A stretch of DNA of 64,000 nucleotides, taken from NCBI RefSeq assembly GCF_009914755.1, contig NC_060942.1; one strand, written 5' to 3'. The position numbers were made by a program, and so were the translations under genes. This DNA comes from the human T2T-CHM13v2.0 reference genome, Homo sapiens. Below are positions 13,626 through 25,743 of the stretch, piece by piece. Every line of letters starts with the position of its first letter. Position 1 is the first letter of the stretch. The notes under the pieces were generated by a model. It was not told the origin of the DNA and made no database searches. It saw nothing but the letters and a program-made list of their open reading frames with translations.

Positions 13626-14071
13626 AAACTCCAAGAAGAAAACTTAGGGGAAAACTTTTGTCTCCTTGGTCTAGAAAAATGATTTCATGGCTACAACAGA
13701 AAGCTCAGACAACAAAAGCAAAACTTGGCGAATGGAAATTGTGTCAAACTAAAAAGCTTCTAAACAGTGAAGAAAGACATCAACAGGATGAAAAGGCAAT
13801 CTACAGAATGGGAAAAATACTTGCAAACTATCTACCTGATCAGCAGTTAATTTCCAGAATATATTAGGCATGTGTACATCTCAATAGCAAATAAATAAAT
13901 TATCCAATTCCAAAACAGAATAAACATCTTTCCAAAGAAGACATGCAGATGGTCAACAGGTGTATGAAAGGTGCTCTGAACATAACAAATCATTATAAAA
14001 ATGTAGATCAAAATCACAATGAGTATTATGAAAATGTAAATCAAATCTGCCAGGATGGCTATTACAAAAAA

Positions 14072-14115
<44 letters not shown>

Positions 14116-14785
14116 AAAATGACAACAAGTGTCGGCAAAGATGTGGAGAAATTGGAACCCTAGTGTATTAGTAACGGAAATGTAAATTGATGCAGCTTTT
14201 ATGGAAAACAATATGGAAGTTCCTCAAAACATTAAAAGGAGAATTACCATATGATCTGGCAATCCCATTTCTATTTATCCAAAAGAATTAAAACTTGGAT
14301 CTTGAAGAGATGTTAACACTCCTATGTTTATTGCAGCACTATTCACAACAGCCAAGATATGGAAACAACCTGAATGTTGATCAGCTGATGAATGGATTAA
14401 GAAAATGTGGAATATACATACAATAGAGTATTATTCAATCTTTAAAAAGAAGGAAATTCTGCAATATGCAACAACATGGATGAATCTTGAGAGCATTATA
14501 TTAAGTGAAATAAGCCAGTCACAAAAAAACAAATGCTGCATTTTACTTATGTCAGGTATCTAAAATAGTCAAATTTGTAAACCCAAAGAATGAAATAGTA
14601 GTTACCAGAAGGTAGGGGCTAACCAATGGGCATAAAGTTTCAGTTAAGCAAAGTAAATAAGTTCTAGAGATCTTCTGTACAACATGGCACCTCTATTCAT
14701 CAATAATGTATTGCCTTTTTAAAAATCTGTTAAGAAGGTAGAGCTCATGTTAAGTGTTCTTATAACAATAAAATAAAATTTTAAG
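13625..14785 (+). mobile_element. L1MA (L1MA9/10-like) ORF2 end and 3' UTR, with internal (TAAA)n at 14069-14113
   Basis: GATGTGGAGAAATTGGAACCC, CACAACAGCCAAGATATGGAAACAACC, and 3' end GTAGAGCTCATGTTAAGTGTTCTTATAACAATAAAATAAAA. Confidence 0.88.
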
Positions 14786-15207
14786 AAAGGGGAAAAATGA
14801 GTTCTCACATTTATTTCCCATGAAAATGTAGGTAAAAGTATATTCTCATAATGGCTAATAGGAATATGAATTGTTTTCCTTAGGTTTTCAAGAAAACTGT
14901 CTATTGCTATTAAATAAACATGCGTACCCTTGATTCTATGAACCTCCTTGGGAATATATCTCATATAAGCATATACACTAATACATGAGGATACAGGTAC
15001 AAGAACATTAAGTACATTATGTATAATGGCAAAAAAATTAGAAATATATGCCTATCAAGAAAACAGTTGAGCATTTATGGTGTATCCTTATTCCATGAAG
15101 TATTTTGCAATCACTAGAAAGAATTCTAATTAAATCCTTTGAGAAGATTTCAATCAAACTTAGTTCTTCAGGCAAAGCAACCACCCAAGAAGTATATACA
15201 ATGAACA

Positions 15208-15530
15208 CAGTCCGCCCTCCATATCTGCGGACACTGCATCTGTGGAGTCAACCAACGGTGAATTGAAAATATTTCAGAAGAAAAATAACAATACACCAAT
15301 AAAAAACAATACAAATTAGGAAATACAGTATACCAATGATTAACATAGCATTTAAATTGTATTACATATTATAAGTAATCAGGATGTACTTTAAAGTATT
15401 GGGGAGGTTATATGCAATCACTGCAGCATTTTATGTAAGAGATTTGAGCATTCATTGATTTTGGTATTTGAGGGTCAGAGAAGGGGTTCCTTAAACCAAT
15501 CCCCTACGTATGGATATTTAGGAGCAACTG
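15208..15530 (-). mobile_element. MER2/MER2B (TcMar-Tigger MITE)
   Basis: Ends CAGTCCGCCCTCCATATC... and ...GGAGCAACTG; internal TATTATAAGTAATC..TTTAAAGTAT..GGTTATATGCAA. Confidence 0.85.
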
Positions 15531-15809
15531 TCATCACATATTTAAAGGAAACAGAGAGAGAGACAGAGTTTTAACAACTGCTACCTGAGGTAAGGGAGGA
15601 TGATGGTGAGGTGGATGGAAAAGGAAAAGGGACAAAAAAGGCAACCAAAAAAAGAATTTTAATTTTTATGTACCCATAAAAATTAAAATTACAAAAAAGA
15701 AAGAGAAGATAAAATGAGCAAAAGAAAACATCAAGTATACAATTTATCGCATTCACATGAAATTTTGCGTATGTGAATTTGTGCATGAATGTGTTCAGTA
15801 TTTTTAAGT

Positions 15810-16750
15810 AAGTTAATCATCAGGAAATGCAAATTAAAACTGCAGTGAGGTGCATAGTGACACACCTGTCAGCATGACTGACAGTTTTCAAAATTAGCCA
15901 CACCACCAAGTGCTCGTGAGGATGCAGAAGAACTAGATCTCTCGTATGTTGCTGATGGGAAATGTAAAATGGTACAGTCAGTTTGGAAAACTGTTTGGCA
16001 GCTTCTCATAAAATTAAACATGAAATTACCATACAACCTAGAAATTACACTCTTAGGCATTTATCCCAAAAAAGGAAAAAGAAACAAGTACACGTACACA
16101 CACACACCTGAATGTTTATACTAGCTTTATTTGTAAGAGCCCCAAACTGGAAAGAACTCAGATGTCCTTCAACAAACTGTGGTATCTTCACACCATGAAA
16201 TAAATACTCTTCACCAGTACAAAAAAGAACAGACTCAATATATGCAGCAGCCTGGATGAATCTTGAAGGAATTACACTAAGTGACAGAAAGCACATCCCA
16301 AAAGGTTTTAGATACCATGTGATTCTGTTTACATATTCTTTCAATGACAAATTTTAGAAATGGAGGACAGATTAGTAGTTGCCAAAAGTTAGGAATGGGG
16401 CTGGAACCCTGGGGACAGGAGGGCTGTATGGTCACTAAAAAGTAACAGAGCTTGTATTGGAACTGTGCAGCATTGATTGTGGTGGTGCGTACACAAACCT
16501 CCACAAGTGATTAATTACATAAAACTTACACACACACACACACACACACGTATAAGTAAAACTGGGGAAACCAGAATAAGATCAGTGGACTATCAATGTC
16601 AACACCCTGGTTGTCATATTATACTGCTCTTTTGCAAAATGTTACCACTGGGGGAAACTGGACAAAATGTACACAGGATGTCTCTATCATTTCTCATAAC
16701 TACATGTGAGTCTACAATCGTCTCAGTAAAATTTTCAACAAAAAGTAAAT
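15810..16750 (+). mobile_element. L1MD-type 3' end
   Basis: GGAAATGCAAATTAAAAC; 3' end TTTGCAAAATGTTACCACTGGGGGAAACTGG...ACTACATGTGAGTCTACAAT. Confidence 0.85.
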
Positions 16751-16986
16751 TAGGTATATGTCTGTGATCTTAAGGTTGTCTATAGTGTATATTTAAGTTA
16801 AAAAAAAAAAACCAGGGTGGGAAGACAGTTGCGGAAAAAATTGTTTTCCTTAGGTTTTCAAGAAAACTGGCAATTGCTATTTCATATAATTCTAATATGC
16901 TAAAAAGAAACTAACTACAAAACCAAAAACAATCCTCAACCTGTGCCTGTGTGGCTTGTGCATGTTTATGAGCACGAAGAGACTTT

Positions 16987-17134
16987 GTGTGCGAGGGCGC
17001 ATGTGTGCGAGGGCGCATGTGTGCGAGGGCGCATGTGTGCGAGGGCGCATGTGTGCGAGGGCGCATGTGTGCGAGGGCGCATGTGTGCGAGGGCGCATGT
17101 GTGCGAGGGCGCATGTGTGCGAGGGCGCATGTGT
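16987..17134. repeat. 16-bp minisatellite (GTGTGCGAGGGCGCAT) x9.25, perfect
   Basis: Nine identical units at 16987-17130 plus GTGT; 18 CpGs. Confidence 0.99.
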
Positions 17135-17491
17135 ATTTCTTGCTCTTTTCTAAAATAGAGGCCGTGCATGAGCTGCTCGTCTGCCTACCCCAGCCTGGCA
17201 CCAACACCTCACCCAACCGACTCCTACATTTCCTTCCATTTTCAGCGTAAGGTTCTCCTGCTTTGCTCCCCACTCCCATAGTACCCTAAAGCGGGGCTTC
17301 ACACTCTGTTCACGGTCTCTCTACTCTGGCAGATTTGAACTCAGTGAGGACATGCACATATTGGCTTGCTTACCCCTGTATTCCTAGCACCACATGCTAA
17401 TAAAAGTGTGTTGAATTATTAATTAATACCTGAATTAGTAAAATTTATACTTGTTTTATCTTAATGATATATTTATATTTTTTGGATAATT

Positions 17492-17808
17492 ATTTTTTTC
17501 TTTTTTGCTTTTCTTTCTTTCTTTTTTTTTTCCTTTTGAGACAGGGTCTTGCTCTGTTGCCCAGGCTTAAGTGCAGTGGCATGATCATGGCTCACTGCAG
17601 CCTCCACCTCCCTGGCTCAGTCAATCCTCCCACCTGTAGCTGGGACTACAGCTGTGTGCCACCATGCCCGGCTAATTTTTGTACTTTTTGTATAGATGGG
17701 GTTTCGTTATGTTGCTCAGGCTGGTCTCGAACTCCTGGGCTCAAGCCATCCACCCGTCTCGGCCTCTCAAAGTGCTGGGATTACAGGCGGGAGCCACCGT
17801 GGCTTGCC
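17492..17808 (-). mobile_element. AluJ
   Basis: Antisense dimer with J diagnostics (GATCATGGCTCACTGCAGCCTC, CTCCTGGGCTCAAG) and a small internal deletion. Confidence 0.9.
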
Positions 17809-19024
17809 TATTGCTTTTTTCAAAACAAATTTTAAAGACTATGTGCTTTGTGCTTGTGATGTGAGAGTGAACAACCAGCGTGCTGCGTATGTGTGTGTGT
17901 GCATGTGTGTGTAAAATTGGTTATGGCAAACCAGGCCTGTGGCAGTAACTCTGCAAGTAAAACATTGCTGTATACAATGAGAAATTCAACATTTTGCCTG
18001 TTCATTAAAAGGAGAGCCCTTCTTTCTTTTACTGAGTATGTCCCAGTCTCAAGGCAATGGCTAGTAAATGAAAAAGGAGATGACGTAGAGAAACCCAAAG
18101 TTTGGTTAATAGACTCTGCCACTGGAGAAATAAACCACTAATTATTTTTAAAATTAATAAATGAAGAGAAATAAAGGGAAATAAAATTAATACTTTGTCA
18201 TTCCTTTCCTATGAGCGGTTCTATTGAGGATCCAAAAAAATAGATGAAGAAAAATTTCTCTTATAAAAAAAATAGATTATTCTTACCTTCATTAAGAAAA
18301 AGAGGAAAAAAGAGTATAACTGTGTCAGCATATGAAACCTAAAAACTTATCTTCAAATGATTTTGGACAAGTAAATTTTTAAGTCTGAATTACCTGTTTA
18401 ATTTCCTAAATAATTACATGAAGCATTGAATGTATTCCATAATATAATGAGGATATTTTTATAGGTTCTTCCCTCCAAAATATGTAATGGAATATGTATC
18501 AATTGAATAAATTCTTCCACATGAAAAATTGTAAAAATGAATTTGGGTAAATCCCAGATCTCAATATATTTATATATTTATAATTAATCTTTTATTTTTT
18601 ATTTTATTATTATTATACTTTTAAGTTTTAGAATATTTTTAAGTTTTCTGAGTATTACCTCATACCTGAAATACCTGGTTATCAGCTTATCACATTGCAG
18701 TTTATTCAAATTTTATTTATCAAATTCTATATCTTTATTTCAAAGAGAACATCATTTACTAAAGTAACACCTTTTCCCCATAACGATTTGTGTTAGGTGA
18801 TATATTTGTATCTTACAATATTATCACTAATTTTTCTAAGAATTTTTTTCCAGAGGAATCTCTGTAGTTTTCTGCTTCTCAGACTTGGCATAATCTTTCC
18901 TACCACAAGTCATCTAGAAAAGATGCTGTCCAAAATCATCCTTGAATTCAAAAAAAATCATCCTTGAATTCAAAATGACAGGCAGTAGGCATACATTTCA
19001 ACCTTTATTTTCATTAGCATTTTT

Positions 19025-19177
19025 CAGTTTTACTGCGGCATAGTTAGCAAGTAAAAATTCTGCTTATTTAAGGTATGCAACTTGATGTTTCAATATATGT
19101 ATACTTCATAAAATGGTCACCACAATCAAGCTAATTAAAATATCTGTCACTTCACGTAATTATCACTTTATTTTTTC

Positions 19178-19214
<37 letters not shown>

Positions 19215-19245
19215 AGAACACTTAAAATCTACCCTGTTAGCAAAT
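19025..19245 (-). mobile_element. L1MA 3' end fragment containing (TG)n at 19180-19211
   Basis: TTTAAGGTATGCAACTTGATGTTT..CACCACAATCAAGCTAATTAA..AGAACACTTAAAATCTAC. Confidence 0.8.
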
Positions 19246-21043
19246 AGATGCTATCACAAAACCTGTATTGGTTTCAATATGTGGCGTAGAAACTGTAAAT
19301 AGAAATTAATTTGTTTTGCATCCGTGTTACAGCTGTAGACACTAAACAAATAATCCATACTTAGACATAGGTGAATGGAGCCTACTGTAAAGTCCAATTA
19401 CTATTCATTAACATTATAATAAATAATATATATGTATATACACACACACATATGTGTGTGTGTGTGTTATTTCACCAAAAATATTTTTACTTGATTTTTT
19501 AAGAAAGCATTTCTATTACCTTATTCGGAAATCCTTTTGAAGCATGTAGATTATTAAAGATTGGAGGGGCTCACTTTCTGCTTAAGAATAGAAGAAGGGT
19601 CCCTCATATAAAGGTTGTATAGTTCAGGTACTCATCCCAGATTATAGAACTTTTCATCTTTATGGCCACAAAGCTGATTTAATAAATGTAAGATAGTAAA
19701 ACAACTAATAGATTTTATCGATGTTAGATCAGTGTTATAGTCAAATATGACTTTAAGTTGTTGCAAATATAGTATATATAACCCCAAATAATAGCTGGTA
19801 TGTATCCAGGACAAAGGAGAAAATCAATTTTATTGCATTTAAGAAGCCAACTTAGGGTATGACATTAGAAAAATTATTCACTAATGCTGCTTAGAGTTAC
19901 ATGGTCTGTGGGCAAACATAGTACTTCAGTTTCAAGTGATGTCAGTCCAGCACTTTTATGAACATTCCATTACTTTGGGGATAATGGGAAACATTTCTGT
20001 TTGCTGATTGTTCAATACAAAAGACAACTTGAATAAAGCTGGAACAACTTATATTTCTAGCTGACTCAAGTCACTGTGGAATAAAATTTCTGGTTTATAA
20101 CCATCTGCTTCTCAGCCATCCTGCTAAGAGATGTGGAAGAAATCATTAAAAACAGAATATAGTGGCCTTATGTTATCTGAAATGTATTGAGATTTTGAAG
20201 TTAATTCTTTAGAGAATGTGGAAAGCTATATAGCAATGTCAATGTAATGAGACTTTAAATTTTTAATACTCTTCACAATTTCACATTGAAGAAAAATACC
20301 AAACCTTAAGCTGCACACACCTCCACCAAAAGTTTACATTATTTTGGTGAAATTTGGGTATGCCGTTGTCAGACTGGCATAACAAACCAGAGACAGAACT
20401 GATTTGAGCAAAGTTTGATGAAACTAAACTGCCCTGTAGTGACCAGCCTCTACCGTGCATGGGGTATCAGAGAAATTGATGTGTTCAGTTGAAAGTAGTT
20501 TCTCTTTGACACCAAAATCATAAGCACGGTGAACTGATTTCATTTAGGATGAGTGTGGCTAATGCATTTTTTCTAAAAGAGGTGCTTGTATTTGGGACAT
20601 TGGAAATAAGAAAGAAATGAGTTCCCAGTGGGAGAAAAACATATTGGCTGCTAAACAACTAATTTAAGGATAGACAATACAGTTAAGTGTGACATGCAAA
20701 ATACTGATGTATCCTGGTGTCATCACTCACTAAACACTGATGAACTCTAGAAATTAATGGCATAAGAATAAAATCCAGAAATCCAGTACATATCCTGAGA
20801 GGCTTCTCTTCCTGTTCCCAGCTTCAGTGGAGTGTTACTATCACACTGGTGCTGCTTTGTTTCCCTGTCTTTGAACTTGATGAAGAGTAGAAAGAGCTAC
20901 CACTCATGACTGTCTGCTCTGCGTCGGTGTCCGTGTGTCATCCCAGCACCCCTCACCTCCACCATGCCATGCTCATTGCTGGGCTGCCCAGGCCTGGCCT
21001 TCCCATCACTTTACACAACGAAGCCCTAGCTGGCCCTGTGCTC

Positions 21044-21206
21044 CTTCTCTAAGTCAACCAAGCAGATTTTTCCTAAGGTCAACCAAGCTCCAGAAAGCAA
21101 CTTTAGAACTAACTACTAGATGTGCTTCTCTAAGTCAACCAAGCAGATTTTTCCAAAGGTCAACCAAGCTCCAGAAAGCAACTTTAGAACTAACTACTAG
21201 ATGTGC
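21044..21206. repeat. 81-bp tandem duplication
   Basis: 21044-21124 versus 21125-21205, one mismatch (CCTAAGG/CCAAAGG). Confidence 0.97.
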
Positions 21207-21811
21207 AAGAATTTAGAAACTACTTTTTTTAAAACGTTTTATAAGCAATTAACATACAGTATCAGCTGGAAAATGGTTGTTGAAGAGTTGTCATTGTAAT
21301 TCCTTATTTTTGTACATTAAGAAAATATACTTCTGCTTTATTTGCAGAATTTACATAAAGCATATTACCTTGCTGTCTCACTTCCAAGTTTTACCATATG
21401 ATACCCTGTTACACAGAATTGTGCTTTTTTAAGAAACTAAGCCCTCGATAATTGGGTGCCAGACTTTTTGAAATCTTTGTAGCAAAAAAAATGGTTTGAA
21501 TATTTTTATGCATATATAAACAAAATCTTTCATTTGAAATGTTGAATGAGGACTTAAAAATATCTTTCTTACAGTAGCAATCTCTTAATAAGCTAACAAG
21601 AATATCTGAGACTTTTAAATTTAAACTTTCTAGAAAATGTTCTAAACAATTAATATCCAGTAGTACAATAGATCTCAGGACTGAGTTTACTTTTTGCCAA
21701 CTTGTCCCTTGTATATCCATATATTTGTTAAAAAAAAAAAATTCACTACAAACAGATTAGGAAGAGGTTTTTAAAATGCAATGTACTCTGGTATCACAAA
21801 ACAGAGCCTTA

Positions 21812-21940
21812 GGCTGGGAGTGGTGGCTCACGCCTGTAATTTCAACACTTTAGGAGGTCAAGGTGGGAGGATAGAGTGAGCCCAAGAGGTTGAGGCTGCT
21901 GTGAGCTGTGATTGTACCACTGCACTCCAGCCTGACAGAG
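21812..21940 (+). mobile_element. Alu monomer (FRAM or AluJ left-right arm fusion)
   Basis: Left-arm-like start (CAACACTTTAGGAGG) running straight into a right-arm end (GAGGCTGCTGTGAGCTGTGATTGTACCACTGCACTCCAGCCTG). Confidence 0.8.
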
Positions 21941-22461
21941 ACAAAGAAAAGAAAAGAGAGAGAAAGAAAAGAAAGAAAGAAAGAAAGAAAGAGAAAGAAA
22001 GGAAAAGACTGAGCGATAGGAGAAAAAGAGAGAGAGAGAAAAGACTGAGCGATAGGAGAAAAGAAAAAGAAAGAAAGAGGGAGGGAGAGAGGGAGGAAGG
22101 AAGGAAGGAAAAAGACAGCAATAGGAGAAAAGAAGAAAGAAAGAAAGAGAAAGAAAGAAAAGAAAGAAAGGAAAGAAAGAAAAGAAAGGAAAAGACTGAG
22201 TGATAGGAGAAAAAGAAAGAAAGAGAGAGAGATAGAAAAGACTGAGCGATAGGAGAAAAGAAAGAAAGAGGGAGGGAGGAAGGAAGGAAGGAGGGGAAAA
22301 GAGCGATAAGAGAAAAGAAGAAAAAGAAAGAAAGAAAAGACGGAAAGAGAAAAGAAAGAAAGAAAGAAAAAAGGGGGAAGGAGGGAAGGAAGGAAGGAAA
22401 GAAGGAAGGAAGGAACGGAGGGAGGGAGGGAGAGAAAAGACAGAGTGATAGGATAAAAAGA
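21937..22461 (+). repeat. About 520-bp GA-rich polypurine tract with a recurring AAAAGACTGAGCGATAGGAGAAAA motif
   Basis: GAAA/GGAA/GA runs punctuated by motif copies at about 22003, 22039, 22110, 22190, 22236, 22297 and 22435. Confidence 0.95.
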
Positions 22462-22464
22462 ATT

Positions 22465-22916
22465 TGTAGTGGGTTGATTTGTGTCCCCACAAAACGCATG
22501 TTCAGGTCCTAACCTCCAGTACCTGTGAATGTGACGTTATGCAGAAGTAAAGTGTTTTAGATGTAATCAAGTCAAGATGAGTTTATACCAGTTTAGTGTC
22601 AGCCCTAAATACAAGGACTGATATCTTTGAGACAAAAGAGAGAAAGATTTGGATACAGAAACACAGAGGAGACATGGAAAGAAGAGAGCCACGTGGAGAT
22701 GCAAAGAGGCAGCTACAACCAAGGAATGTGAAGCCTTGCCAACAACCACTATGAGCTAGGAGAGAGGCATGGGAAAGATTCTCCCTCAGCCCTCCAGAAG
22801 AAGCCAACCATGCACTTAGAAATTCCATCCTAGAGAACTGTGACAGAATACATTTCTGCTGCTTTAAACCACGCAGTTTGTGATCATTTTTACGTCAGTC
22901 CTAGGAAACTAATATA
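22465..22916 (+). mobile_element. MLT1C-like MaLR solo LTR
   Basis: TGTAGTGGGTTGA...GTACCTGTGAATGTGAC...CCTAGGAAACTAATATA. Confidence 0.85.
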
Positions 22917-23102
22917 GAGCTCTTCCGAATCAATTGTTCCTTGTGGAGGACTAAATGGCTTCCAACAGGTAGGTGCATGGAAAAAAGGCAAGGTGTGTAT
23001 GAAGGCAAACAAGAAATGATGAAATTCCTCTGTGTTTTTAAAGAAGCAGTTTTAGAGGCAGGGGCAGAAGAGTGGAAACAGCTAAGAAGGGTTTAAGAGT
23101 TT

Positions 23103-23470
23103 TGTATTAGTCCGTTTTCACGCTGCTGATAAAGACATACCTGAGACTGGGTAAATTATAAAGAAAAAGAGGTTTAATGGACTCACGGTTCCACGTGGCT
23201 GGAGAGGCCTCAAAATCATGGCAGACAGCGAAAGGCACATTTTACATGGCAGCAGACGAGAGAATGAGGGCCAAGCGAAACGGGTTTCCCCTTATAAAAC
23301 CATCAGGTCTCATGAGAGTTATTCACTACCATAAGAAGAGTACAACAGTATGGGGGAAACTGCCCTCGTGATTCAATTATCTCCCACCAGCTCCCTCCCA
23401 CAACACATGGGAATTATGGGAGCTACAATTCAAGATGAGATGTGGGTGGGGACACAGCTAAACCCTATCA
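23103..23470 (-). mobile_element. THE1B-like MaLR solo LTR
   Basis: TGTATTAGTCCGTTTTCACGCTGCTGATAAAGAC...GGGGACACAGCTAAACCCTATCA; 5-bp TSD AGTTT/AGTTA. Confidence 0.93.
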
Positions 23471-25159
23471 AGTTAGGACTTTGTTTTGAACACAAGTGGT
23501 CCAAATGAAAATTATTTCTTTTTAAATAAAAATAACGATTTTTTTTTCTGATTGTCAAAGTGATACAGAACTTCTATCTCCAAAAATAAGGTCAACATTA
23601 TGTACTAAAAAAACACACCCACACAACACAAAATGCCTAAAAACAAGTCCTAAGTAAAATATAACAAACATTTAAATGCATAGTTCCACTTACAAGAAAG
23701 AAAAGAGATGCCACAAAAAAACTAAATGCAGAGAACATTTTCAAGAGGAGTAGACTGGAGAGAAAGCAAGTAAAGCCAAAGAGGAGTAAGTTGGACCTGG
23801 GAGCCTGGGCTCACCCCAGAAGAACGTGGAACGCAATACTCATGCATTTTCACGGCTGTGACTGTGGACCAGGAGACAGTGCCTGGGGCTTCTATAGCTT
23901 GAGGACACAGAACTGAAAGCTTTCAGTAAGAACTGATTGAAGAAAACAAATCCAAATGCCAGCAGAGCAAAATAACCAGACTGCCATTTCCAAGATAGGC
24001 TCTGTGAATAGGTTAATCCCACACCTGCCCTGGCTGACATTTTTGTGCCGTCATACCACCTTCATGATCGTGGGTGTCCAGAACCATGTTAAGGAATTTC
24101 TCTAAAGTGACCCAGGATTGTTAATTCACCTTCGGCACTACATGCCTCTTGGAATTCCCATGTGCAGCTTCTAAAATGTGGATTTGCCAGAATGATGACC
24201 AAAATCGTGAGTAAACAAGCACCTTGGGTAAAAGTTAGAAAACAGACAAATTCGTGGCAGCGCTTTACATAAAACAGGAAAATGAATGAACTAATTGTCC
24301 ACCAGTTTGTTATTGGCGTAAAATACAAAATAATTTGCATCAATTAAAACTGATGATGTAAATTGTATTTCTTGGCTTGAGAAGATGTACATTGTAAATT
24401 AAGTGAAAAATGCAGTTGGTAGTGTGCACCATAAACTTATCGTGGTGTTGTGAACATGTGTGTAAACATACACACGCACACATATGTATACATATACACA
24501 CAAGTATATATGTTTGTCATAAAACACGAGGTACCGAAAATTTATATTCATGATTGTGTCTTGGTAAGAAAATATCAAGTAATAATAAGTGATGTTTCCT
24601 TTATATTTTTATATTCTAAAGGTTGTTAAATTAGTATGTTTTGATTTTATGTATTATTAAAACATACATAAACAAATAATAATATTACAAACACTTGTGA
24701 ACTTACCAACCACCTTAATATAATATAATATAAATATGTGACGTATGCTTTTAATACAATTATATCAATCCCTAAAATTATATTATAATGCTTTGCATAC
24801 TTTCTTTAGTAGACACTTGTGATTACTATACTCACATAGTAATATGTATTTTTAAATTGCTTTGCATTTTCTGAAATTTATATAAACAAGTATTATACTC
24901 CATTATTTGCCAAGTTGTCATTTTCTTCCTCCAGATTGTATTTGTGAACATCTTCCACTTTGATAAATATCACCTACTTCATTTATTTTATATCATTTCA
25001 CAATTACACAAGGCTATATTTTTGATAGCTAAAATATGTCAATTCACTCAAAGCTTGCATCCATCAGTATAATTACATGGTTCTTTTCCTTTAAGCATTT
25101 AGTATGATGAATTATATCAATATGAACACATTTCCTGATATTGAACCATTTGAGAGGAC

Positions 25160-25340
25160 GGATCAAGGGTAAGAGCATACCCTGCAGCCAGACTGAGTTC
25201 TAATTACCCCTCTCTACACCTCTGATTCCCCTTACGTGAATGGGGCCATAGCAATCCCACCTCATGGGTTTGAAAGGAAGATTTAATATCAAAAGTACAA
25301 TGTCTGGCATTTGATAAACAATAGTTAATAATAAATATGA
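25160..25340 (+). mobile_element. MIR fragment (a second MIR lies at about 25800-25995)
   Basis: GGGTAAGAGC...CCCACCTCATGGG...AATGTCTGGCAT core-like order. Confidence 0.55.
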
Positions 25341-25645
25341 TTATATGTCAATAATGAATAATCGTAAGCATTATTAACGTACTTGTAAATTCAAATTTCT
25401 GAAACTCGTAGGTTTTTCACAATCCTATTCATAATTGAGGCACGCCTGTAAACCTTGTGTACTTTCCTAGTCAGGTTTCGGCATCAGGACGTTGTGTTTT
25501 ATGTACAAGAAACTTCAAAATGTTTTTAAGCACAATAGCTGTTTAAATAACAAGTGAAATATTATTTTCATGTTGCTTTGAAACCATCTTAGCCTAGTGC
25601 ATTTTTGAGGGGTGTTTTTTACAAAGTTCATGGTCACTCAGGCAT

Positions 25646-25743
25646 TCTACATCTACTTGAATGCATTCTGGTTATCTATATCTACTTGAATGCATTCTGG
25701 TTATCTACATCTACTTGAATGCATTCTGGTTGAATGCATTCTG
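25646..25743. repeat. 29-bp tandem repeat x3 plus a partial copy
   Basis: TCTAYATCTACTTGAATGCATTCTGGTTA at 25646, 25675 and 25704, then GAATGCATTCTG. Confidence 0.95.

Noticed and set aside
16892-17279. Six overlapping ORFs with repeating peptides (HAPSHTCALAHMRPRT)
   Set aside because: Artefact of the stop-free 16-bp VNTR.
18588-18632. TTTTATTATTATTATACTTTTAAGTTTTA resembling a young L1PA 3' tip
   Set aside because: Too short (about 40 bp), AT-rich and without a clear TSD, so it cannot be called with confidence.
21937-22461. Repeat-spacer appearance suggesting a CRISPR array
   Set aside because: The spacers are low-complexity GA runs of irregular length, there are no cas genes, and the DNA is primate intron.
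21842-22499. Longest ORFs in the track (216 aa and 213 aa, minus strand)
   Set aside because: F/L/S/P low-complexity translations of the polypyrimidine strand of a GA-rich repeat plus an Alu. They are open only because the repeat lacks stop codons.
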